Assembly (NCBI RefSeq): GCF_000425385.1
Contig: NZ_AUDI01000001.1
Location: 582,331 to 606,330 of the forward strand
Reading direction: 5' to 3'
DNA from: Pseudoduganella violaceinigra DSM 15887
GTDB lineage: Bacteria; Pseudomonadota; Gammaproteobacteria; Burkholderiales; Burkholderiaceae_D
DNA: 24,000 nucleotides
The stretch's first letter is position 1. Each line of letters opens with the position of its first letter. The notes beneath the pieces are model-generated. The model had not been told where the DNA came from and did no database searches. It worked only from the letters and a program-made list of their open reading frames with translations. Positions 17,404 through 24,000 of the stretch are shown one piece after another. Position numbers and translations under genes: made by a program.

Positions 17404-19761
17404 ATGCGACGACTTGCCCTCCCTGCGCTGGCGGCCCTGCTGGCCGCCCCCGTTTTTGCCGCCACCCCAATCACCCTCGACCAGGCCATGTCCCACCCGG
17501 ACTGGATCGGAACACCCGTGGAAGCGGCGTGGTGGAGCTGGGATGGCAAACAGATTTTCTACAAACAGAAGCGCAGCGGTTCTTCGCTGCGCGACACCTT
17601 CCAGGCGGGCGATAAACCGCGCCTGGTTGCCGACTCCGAGCTGGCCAACCAGGACAGCCCGAACGTGGTGTTCAACCGCGAGCGCAGCCGCGCCATCGTA
17701 CTGCGCAACGGCGACCTGTTCGAACGCGACCTGAAATCCGGCGCCTTGGTGCAGATCAGCCGCGGCACCGCCAACGCTTCGTCGCCCCAGTATTCGGCCG
17801 ACGGCCGCAACGTGCAATTCAAGGTCGGCAACGACTGGTTCAGCTGGAACCGCGCCGAACGCCTGGTGTCGCCGGTGGCCCTGCCGCGCGCCGCCAAGGA
17901 TCCGGCCGCCGCCCCGGACGAGGACTACCTGCGCGATATGCAGCTGCGCCTGATCACCACCCTCAAGCGCCAGAAGGAAGAGCGCGACGAAACGCGCGCC
18001 CGCGCCAAGGCCGAACGCGCCGCCGACGCCACCCGCGCCCCGGCACCGCTCTATTTCGGCGACAAGGTCGCCATCGACGCGTCTTCCCTGTCGCCGGACG
18101 GCCGCTGGCTGGTGGTGGCCATCTCACCCAAGGGCAGCGAGACCGGCCGCGTCGGCAAGATGCCACGCTACGTGACCGAGTCGGGCTACGAAGAATTCGA
18201 CGACCAGCGCACCCGCGTTGGACGCAACCTGCCGCTGGCCCAGACGCTGAAACTGGTGGACTTGCGCACGGGCGCCATCAAGGACCTGCCTTTCGATACC
18301 CTGCCCGGCATCGCCACCGACCCGCTGGCCGGCATGCGCGAAGCGGCAAAGCAGCCGGCCCTGAAAGGCAACCGTGCAACACGCCTTCAGAACGACGAGG
18401 GCGACGGTATCGCGTGGAGCGACAACGGCGCGAAAGCCGCCGTCATGCTGCGCACCGTGGACAACAAGGACCGCTGGCTGGCCGCCATCGACCTGGAAGG
18501 CGCCAAGCTTAAATCCATGCACCGCCTGACCGACAACGCCTGGATCAACTACAGCTATAACGATTTCGGCTGGCTGCCGGACAACAGCACCCTGTGGTTC
18601 ATGTCCGAGGAAAGCGGCTACTCCCACCTGTACACCCTGGGCGCGGACGGCAAGCAGCGCGCCCTGACCAGCGGCAAATGGGAAGCGTCGAACGTGAAGT
18701 GGAATGCCGACGGCAGCATGGCCTACATGCTGTGCAATCGCCGCACGCCGGGCGAGTACGAAGTATGTTCGGCCTCCGCAAAAGACGCCTCCGTGCGCGA
18801 GGTGACGCAGTTGAACGGCGGCGTTGAACAGTTCGATCTGTCGCCGGACCAGCGCAGGCTGCTGGTGCACTACTCGTCCGCCTACATGCCTTCGCAGCTG
18901 GCCACCGTGCCGGCTGCGGGCGGCGCCGCAACCAGGCTGACCGATACCCGTAGCGCCGACTACAAGGCGCGCGAATGGATTCAACCGCAAATGGTTGCCG
19001 TGCCTTCGAGCCACGGCGCCGGCCAGCCGATCTGGTCCAAGCTGTACCGGCCCGCCACGCTGGAAGCGGGCAAGAAATACCCGATCGTGATGTTCGTGCA
19101 TGGCGCCGGCTACCTGCAGAACACGCATAACCGGTTCCCGACCTACTTCCGCGAGCAGATGTTCCACAATATGCTGGTGGAAAAAGGCTACATCGTGCTG
19201 GACATGGATTACCGCGCCTCCAAAGGTTATGGCCGCGATTGGCGCACGGCGATCTACCGCCAGATGGGGCATCCTGAACTGGACGACTATGTGGACGGCG
19301 CCAAGTGGCTGGCGGCCAACCATCAGGGCGATATCGACAAGGTCGGCATCTACGGCGGCAGCTACGGCGGCTTCATGACCTTCATGGCGCTGCTGCGCGA
19401 GCCGGACCTGTTCAAGGCCGGCGCCGCCCTACGCCCTGTGACCGACTGGACCACCTACAACCACGGCTACACCGCCAACATCCTCAACACGCCGGACATC
19501 GATCCCGAGGCTTACCGCATTTCCTCGCCGATCGAGTACGCCGACAAGCTGAAAGGCCACCTGCTGATCGCCCACGGCATGGTCGATGACAATGTGTTCT
19601 TCCAGGACTCGGTACGCATGGCGCAGCGCCTCATCGAGCTGAAAAAAGACCATTGGGAACTGGCGGCCTACCCGCTGGAGCGCCATGCCTATGTGCAGCC
19701 GGAGAGCTGGTACGACCAGTACCGCCGCATCTACCAGCTATTCGAGCGCACGCTGAAATAA
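17404..19761 (+). CDS. Secreted S9 family serine peptidase (dipeptidyl-peptidase IV / prolyl oligopeptidase family)
   Basis: Trimmed to ATG 17404, which gives signal peptide MRRLALPALAALLAAPVFA. ATG 17365 is an alternative start. Nucleophile motif GGSYGGFMT, with downstream AHGMVDDNV and ERHAY supplying the Asp and His. The N-terminal part looks like a beta-propeller. 785 aa. Confidence 0.88.
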   Translation: MRRLALPALAALLAAPVFAATPITLDQAMSHPDWIGTPVEAAWWSWDGKQIFYKQKRSGSSLRDTFQAGDKPRLVADSELANQDSPNVVFNRERSRAIVLRNGDLFERDLKSGALVQISRGTANASSPQYSADGRNVQFKVGNDWFSWNRAERLVSPVALPRAAKDPAAAPDEDYLRDMQLRLITTLKRQKEERDETRARAKAERAADATRAPAPLYFGDKVAIDASSLSPDGRWLVVAISPKGSETGRVGKMPRYVTESGYEEFDDQRTRVGRNLPLAQTLKLVDLRTGAIKDLPFDTLPGIATDPLAGMREAAKQPALKGNRATRLQNDEGDGIAWSDNGAKAAVMLRTVDNKDRWLAAIDLEGAKLKSMHRLTDNAWINYSYNDFGWLPDNSTLWFMSEESGYSHLYTLGADGKQRALTSGKWEASNVKWNADGSMAYMLCNRRTPGEYEVCSASAKDASVREVTQLNGGVEQFDLSPDQRRLLVHYSSAYMPSQLATVPAAGGAATRLTDTRSADYKAREWIQPQMVAVPSSHGAGQPIWSKLYRPATLEAGKKYPIVMFVHGAGYLQNTHNRFPTYFREQMFHNMLVEKGYIVLDMDYRASKGYGRDWRTAIYRQMGHPELDDYVDGAKWLAANHQGDIDKVGIYGGSYGGFMTFMALLREPDLFKAGAALRPVTDWTTYNHGYTANILNTPDIDPEAYRISSPIEYADKLKGHLLIAHGMVDDNVFFQDSVRMAQRLIELKKDHWELAAYPLERHAYVQPESWYDQYRRIYQLFERTLK

Positions 19762-19819
19762 ACCGAAGCGATGGGGTCCGAACGTGAGGATCAGACCCCG
19801 GTATGCCGGTTTTCCCGGT

Positions 19820-20269
19820 TTAAGCTTTCGCCACGCTGCTCGGCAGCGTCTGGAAATCGTCGGTCTGGTACAGCGACTTCCATGCAGCCAGCAGTGCCGG
19901 CGGCGGCGTCACCAGCTTGCGCGCCGTCAGGTCCAGCCAGCCGCCCGAGCTGTTGATGCGGGCGGATAGCTTCCCATCGCTGCGATACACGTCGCTGCGC
20001 AGCATCCAGCGGCTGCCATCCTGCGACATGCCGGCCAGCGACAGCGTCACCGTGATCTGGTCCATCAGCAGCACTTCCTTGAAATAGGCGATATCGTCCT
20101 TCATCACCACGGGACCGATGTTCAGGCGCTTGAATTCCGCCATCGGGAAGCCATTCTCGCCCAGGAACATCATGCGGACATCGCCTGCCTTGTTCAGGTA
20201 AGCCGTGTTGGCCATATGGCTGTTGAAATCCATATCGCCCCACCCTGCCAGCATCTTTCGCTCAAACAT
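19820..20269 (-). CDS. Hotdog-fold acyl-CoA thioesterase (4HBT/YbgC-like)
   Basis: Trimmed to ATG 20269, preceded by strong SD AAGGAG (20280-20275) at 5-nt spacing. 4HBT-type motif WGDMDFNSHMANTAYL. 149 aa. It lies 10 nt downstream of the M20 gene stop. Confidence 0.75.
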   Translation of the reverse strand: MFERKMLAGWGDMDFNSHMANTAYLNKAGDVRMMFLGENGFPMAEFKRLNIGPVVMKDDIAYFKEVLLMDQITVTLSLAGMSQDGSRWMLRSDVYRSDGKLSARINSSGGWLDLTARKLVTPPPALLAAWKSLYQTDDFQTLPSSVAKA

Positions 20270-20279
20270 TACCGCTCCT

Positions 20280-21506
20280 TTATTCGTCCGCAAGGAAGTC
20301 CAGCAAAGTCAGGGCCACGATCTTGGTTGCCTTGCGCAAGTCTTCCAGCAGCAGTTTTTCATCCGCCTTCTTGGCATTCGATTCGGGCACGCTACGCGGC
20401 CCAGCGCCATATAGTACAGCGGGAATGCCATGCTCGCCGTACAGCCGCGCATCCGCGTACAGCGGAGTGCCAACGGCCGGAATATCCTCGCCCAGCACGT
20501 CCTTCGCGTTCTTTTGCAACTTGGCCACCAGCTGCGCGCCGGCGGGCAGCGGACGCAGGGCGTGCGACAACAGCAGGCGCTTGATGTCGATGCGGATGCC
20601 AGGTTCGCCCTGCACCGCGTCCTCAATCAACTTGCGCACCTGGGCTTCCACCGCCACCGGATCCTCTTCAGGAATCATGCGGCGGTCCATCTTCATCACC
20701 ACCTTGCCCGGCACCACATTGGTATTGGTGCCGCCATCGATGCGGCCCACCAGCATGGTCGGCGAATCGATTCCCGGCACTTTGGACTTGATCTTTTTCA
20801 GCTCCGGCAGTTGGCCGTAGATCGCGTTCAGGATCTTCGCCGCGGCCTGCAGTGCATCGTGGCCCGTTTCAGGCATGGCGCCATGGCCGGATTTGCCGTG
20901 CACGGTGATTTCCAGCTGCAGGCAGGCATTATGGGCGGTAACGATGTTGTAGCTGAAGCCAGCCGCGATCACGTAATCGGGTTTGGTCAGTTTTTCGCGC
21001 AGCAGGAAACCGGGGCCCAGCAAGCCGCCGAATTCCTCGTCATAGGTGAAGTGCAGCTCGACGCCGCCTTTCAGCTTGACGCCCAACGCTTCCAGCGCAC
21101 GCACGGCGAAGATGTAAGTCGCAAAGTCGCATTTCGACACGGCAGCCGCACGGCCGTAGATATAGCCATTGTCGATCACGCCGCCATAGGGCGGATAGGT
21201 CCAGCCCTCGCCCGGCGGCACCACGTCGCCATGGGCGTTCAATGCGATGATGGGGCCGCCCGCTGCGTAGGGACGGCGGATGATCAGGTTGGTGATCGAT
21301 TCCATGCCGTAGTCGCGCACCTCCAGCTCCGGTACCGCGTGTTTTTCGGCACTCCAGCCATAGGCCTTGACCAGTTCCGCCACCGTCTCCGCATGCGGTG
21401 TATTGTTGCCGGGCGGGGTATCGGTAGGTACGCGCAGGACCTGCTGCAGCAAGGCCACTTCCTCGTCGAAGTGGGCGTCGATCCATTGGGTGATTTTATC
21501 GTTCAT
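20280..21506 (-). CDS. M20 family metallohydrolase (ArgE/DapE-type deacylase)
   Basis: NAHGDVVP, TYDEEFGG, GKSGHGAMP, and a C-terminal GIPAVLYGAGP block typical of ArgE/DapE-like M20 enzymes. Tandem ATGs at 21509 and 21506 follow SD AGGAG (21518-21514). I chose 21506 for its 7-nt spacing. Both overlap the puuD stop TGA (21508-21506). Confidence 0.85.
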   Translation of the reverse strand: MNDKITQWIDAHFDEEVALLQQVLRVPTDTPPGNNTPHAETVAELVKAYGWSAEKHAVPELEVRDYGMESITNLIIRRPYAAGGPIIALNAHGDVVPPGEGWTYPPYGGVIDNGYIYGRAAAVSKCDFATYIFAVRALEALGVKLKGGVELHFTYDEEFGGLLGPGFLLREKLTKPDYVIAAGFSYNIVTAHNACLQLEITVHGKSGHGAMPETGHDALQAAAKILNAIYGQLPELKKIKSKVPGIDSPTMLVGRIDGGTNTNVVPGKVVMKMDRRMIPEEDPVAVEAQVRKLIEDAVQGEPGIRIDIKRLLLSHALRPLPAGAQLVAKLQKNAKDVLGEDIPAVGTPLYADARLYGEHGIPAVLYGAGPRSVPESNAKKADEKLLLEDLRKATKIVALTLLDFLADE

Positions 21507-22714
21507 CATTTTGCTCCTGCGGCGAACCATGCGCCCAGTTCGGCGCGTTCCGCATCAGTCATATTGGTCAGGTTACCGATCGGCATATCCTTCTGCTCCA
21601 CAGCGCGCTTCTGGATTTGCGCCGCGCGCTGGTGCACCTGGTCGGCGGTATCGAACAGCACGCCCGCAGGCGCGGTGGCAAAGCCGGGCTGCCTTGGCGT
21701 CGCCGAATGGCAGGTCGCGCAGCGCTGGTCGATGATGGCCTTCACCTTCGCAAATTGCGCCGCCGGATCGGCCGCCGCCTGCACCGGGGCAGGCTTCGAC
21801 GGGGCAATCGTCACGGCAACCGCCAGCAGCAAGGCCACGCCGATGACCGGGTAGCGCCACTCAATGCGGCCCTTATGGCGCAGATTGAAGAAGTGGCGGA
21901 TGAACACACCAGCGGCCATGATAAAGGCCAGCACCAGCCAGGCATTCTTGTTCTGGTAAGTCATCGCATAGTGGTTGCTGATCATGATGAACAGCACCGG
22001 CAATGTGAAGTAATTGTTATGCACGCTGCGCTGCTTGGCCTTGATGCCGTGGATCGGATCCGGCAAGCTACCAGCCTGCATCGCCTGCACCATCTTGCGC
22101 TGGCCCGGAATGATCAGCATCGCGACATTGGCCACCATGATGGTGCCGATCATGGCGCCGATATGGATAAAGGCGGCGCGGCCGCTGAGCAGATGCGTCA
22201 GCGCATACGCGGCGCCGGAGAGCAGCAGGAATACGATAAGTCCCAGTCGGTTCTCGTTCCGGCCCAGCGGGGAGCGGCACAGCGCGTCGTACACTACCCA
22301 GCCGGCGACCAGGAAACCGATGCCGATGCCGACGGCCTGCAGGCTGGAGAGGTCGGCCACCTGCTTATCGACCATCATGGCCTGGGCGTTGAAGTAATAG
22401 GCGATGGTCAGCAACCCAATGCCCGACAACCAGGTGGAATAAGCCTCCCATTTGAACCAGTGCAGCTCCTTCGGCAGTTCCGCCGGCGCCACCAGGTATT
22501 TTTGCGGATTATAAAAACCGCCGCCATGCACCGCCCACAATTCTCCGGAAACGCCTTTCTTCGCCAGGTCCGAACCGGGCGCCGGCGGGCGGATCGAGTT
22601 ATCCAGCCAGACGAAATAGAACGAAGCGCCAATCCAGGCGATGCCCGTGATGATGTGCAGCCAGCGCACCAGCAGGTTGGCCCATTCAAGGCCATAGGGC
22701 AGCAGGTATTCCAT
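21506..22714 (-). CDS. puuD: Membrane-bound urate hydroxylase PuuD (N-terminal urate-oxidase membrane domain plus C-terminal cytochrome c)
   Basis: 402 aa. The N-terminus ...LVRWLHIITGIAWIGASFYFVWLDN is typical of the PuuD family. There are several TM segments. The C-terminal soluble domain has the haem-c motif CATCH. SD AAGGA sits 5 nt before ATG 22714. Confidence 0.85.
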   Translation of the reverse strand: MEYLLPYGLEWANLLVRWLHIITGIAWIGASFYFVWLDNSIRPPAPGSDLAKKGVSGELWAVHGGGFYNPQKYLVAPAELPKELHWFKWEAYSTWLSGIGLLTIAYYFNAQAMMVDKQVADLSSLQAVGIGIGFLVAGWVVYDALCRSPLGRNENRLGLIVFLLLSGAAYALTHLLSGRAAFIHIGAMIGTIMVANVAMLIIPGQRKMVQAMQAGSLPDPIHGIKAKQRSVHNNYFTLPVLFIMISNHYAMTYQNKNAWLVLAFIMAAGVFIRHFFNLRHKGRIEWRYPVIGVALLLAVAVTIAPSKPAPVQAAADPAAQFAKVKAIIDQRCATCHSATPRQPGFATAPAGVLFDTADQVHQRAAQIQKRAVEQKDMPIGNLTNMTDAERAELGAWFAAGAK

Positions 22715-22788
22715 GTAAATCCTTGAGTTGAAGAAGTGGCAATCTATCGAAGATACGCGCTTTCGGGTTCCTGGAACATGAAATATGT

Positions 22789-22819
22789 CGTATATTCAAG
22801 ATATTCGAATTCATATACG
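22789..22819. promoter_or_regulatory. Inverted repeat in the puuD/LysR divergent control region (candidate LysR operator)
   Basis: CGTATAT-N17-ATATACG has perfect 7-bp arms. It encloses the direct repeat ATATTC-N3-ATATTC and the 8-bp palindrome ATTCGAAT (22803-22810). The stretch is AT-rich and ends 8 nt before the LysR ATG. Confidence 0.3.
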
Positions 22820-22827
22820 TAAGCAAG

Positions 22828-23763
22828 ATGTCCGCCCTCCCGCAACACCTCGATATTCACCTCATTCGCATCCTCTACCTGCTGCTGGTCGAGAAAAACG
22901 TGTCGCGTGTGGCGCTCAAGCTCAATCAACCCCAGCCCTCGATCTCCGCCTCCCTGCGCAAACTGCGCGAACTGACGGGCGACCCTATCCTGGTGCGCGG
23001 CGCGCGCGGCATGGTGCCGACCCAGCATGGCGAAAGCCTGCTCAAGCCGGCCAAGCGCATTCTGGACGAGACAGAATCGCTGTTTGTGAAAAAGACGCCC
23101 TTCGTGGCGCAGGAAGAAGCGCGCACTTTCAATATCGCCGCACCGGACTATCTGGACAGCCAGTTCCTGCCAAATGTGGTGGCGATGCTACGCCGAGGTT
23201 CGCCCAAGAGCCGTGTGGTGATCCATTCGATCGGCCCCGGCACGGACTATCTTCGCCTGCTGTCGGACGGCGATATGGACCTGGTGATCGCCAACTGGGA
23301 CGAGCCGCCGCAGCACCTGCATATCTCCAAGCTGTTTGAAGATCCCATCATCTGCGCCATGCATGCCAACAGCCCGTATGCCAAGCGCACCGCCAGCGAC
23401 GAGATGACGCTGGACGACTATCTCACCCTGCCCCATGTCGCGCCATCGCAGATGGTGCCGGGCTACGGCGGCGTGATCGACGCCTTCCTGGAACGCCAGG
23501 GCCTGCGGCGCAATGTGGCGGTGGAATCGGCTTATTTCAGCCTGATCCCCTATATGCTGGCGCAGACGGACCTGGTGCTGACCACCGGCCGCCAATTCCT
23601 GCGCTTCTATGAAAATTCACTGCCGCTGAAGGTGTTCAACGTGCCGGTGAAGTACCCGCCGATGCGCTTCTACCAGCTGTGGCATGAACGGGTGCACCAG
23701 GCGCCAGAGCACAAATGGCTGCGCGACCAGGTCACGGCAGCGGCCAAGGCGCTGGCGAAATAG
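22828..23763 (+). CDS. LysR family transcriptional regulator
   Basis: 311 aa. N-terminal wHTH LDIHLIRILYLLLVEKNVSRVALKLNQPQPSISASLRKLR. A LysR substrate-binding-type C-terminal domain. Divergent from the puuD operon. Confidence 0.9.
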   Translation: MSALPQHLDIHLIRILYLLLVEKNVSRVALKLNQPQPSISASLRKLRELTGDPILVRGARGMVPTQHGESLLKPAKRILDETESLFVKKTPFVAQEEARTFNIAAPDYLDSQFLPNVVAMLRRGSPKSRVVIHSIGPGTDYLRLLSDGDMDLVIANWDEPPQHLHISKLFEDPIICAMHANSPYAKRTASDEMTLDDYLTLPHVAPSQMVPGYGGVIDAFLERQGLRRNVAVESAYFSLIPYMLAQTDLVLTTGRQFLRFYENSLPLKVFNVPVKYPPMRFYQLWHERVHQAPEHKWLRDQVTAAAKALAK

Positions 23764-23777
23764 GACGATTAATAGAA

Positions 23778-23993
23778 CTATTTCTTCCGGCCGCGTTCAC
23801 GGCGATTCCACGGCCAGCAATCGCCGACGCTGGCGCAGCAGTCGGCCACGTCAATCACATCGCCGCAGCTGGCGTCGCAGCCCTGGCAATCGACATCAGG
23901 CAAGTCGCAACTGCCGGCCTGCGGGTGCAGGCGCGGAGAATGCATTCGCAACTGGCTGCCGCATGCCCGCAGGCGGCGGTGCAGCAACGCCAT
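23778..23993 (-). CDS. Small Cys/Asp-rich hypothetical protein (possibly 5'-extended beyond the window edge)
   Basis: 71-aa ORF with GC-rich third codon positions like the neighbouring genes. Seven Cys and eight Asp fall within residues 29-59 (SCDLPDVDCQGCDASCGDVIDVADCCASVGDC). The tail is basic (NRRERGRKK). The frame stays open up to base 24000, so the true start may lie outside the window. I recognise no family. Confidence 0.4.
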   Translation of the reverse strand: MALLHRRLRACGSQLRMHSPRLHPQAGSCDLPDVDCQGCDASCGDVIDVADCCASVGDCWPWNRRERGRKK

Positions 23994-24000
23994 CCCCTTG

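Noticed and set aside
19772-19819. Hairpin GGGGTC-N15-GACCCC and CCGG repeats between the convergent S9 peptidase and thioesterase genes, considered as a bidirectional terminator
   Set aside because: The stem is only 6 bp with a 15-nt loop, and the T-run is not adjacent to the stem. That is too weak to call an intrinsic terminator from sequence alone.
20280-21506. Calling the M20 gene allantoate amidohydrolase (AllC) because it follows puuD
   Set aside because: The motifs resemble ArgE/DapE-type deacylases rather than the amidase/hydantoinase/carbamoylase M20 subgroup as I remember it. Genomic context alone does not justify a specific enzyme name.
22744-23028. 94-aa minus-strand ORF spanning the puuD/LysR intergenic region and the LysR 5' end
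   Set aside because: It overlaps the well-supported LysR N-terminal HTH coding region on the opposite strand. It has no SD and no recognisable motifs, and it runs through AT-rich promoter DNA.

Overview
GC-rich, densely coded chromosomal DNA from a Gram-negative proteobacterium. It has a TonB-dependent receptor, outer-membrane beta-barrel genes and a CTGT-N8-ACAG LexA box of the beta/gamma-proteobacterial type. I support 18 protein-coding genes and see no rRNA, tRNA, CRISPR array, IS element or integrase. Left to right: (1) the 3' part of a divergent GcvPB-like PLP enzyme, translationally coupled to an AcoX/COG3199 ATP-NAD-kinase-family protein. (2) A carbohydrate locus made of a TonB-dependent receptor and a YgjK-type GH63 alpha-glucosidase on the + strand, converging on a minus-strand operon of SDR oxidoreductase, ebgA, ebgC and a YgjI-like APC permease. 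(3) A small membrane protein. (4) DNA polymerase II (polB) with a perfect LexA box. (5) A small outer-membrane beta-barrel protein that looks highly expressed. (6) Divergent secreted S41 and S9 peptidases. (7) A puuD (urate hydroxylase), M20 deacylase and hotdog thioesterase operon with a divergent LysR regulator. (8) A small Cys/Asp-rich ORF at the right edge. The most interesting feature is the Ebg/Ygj gene set known from E. coli, rebuilt here around a TonB-dependent receptor with no EbgR, next to an unusual GcvPB-like/NAD-kinase-like pair. I found no clear defence, toxin or mobile system. All functional calls rest on motif and sequence recognition by eye and need database confirmation.
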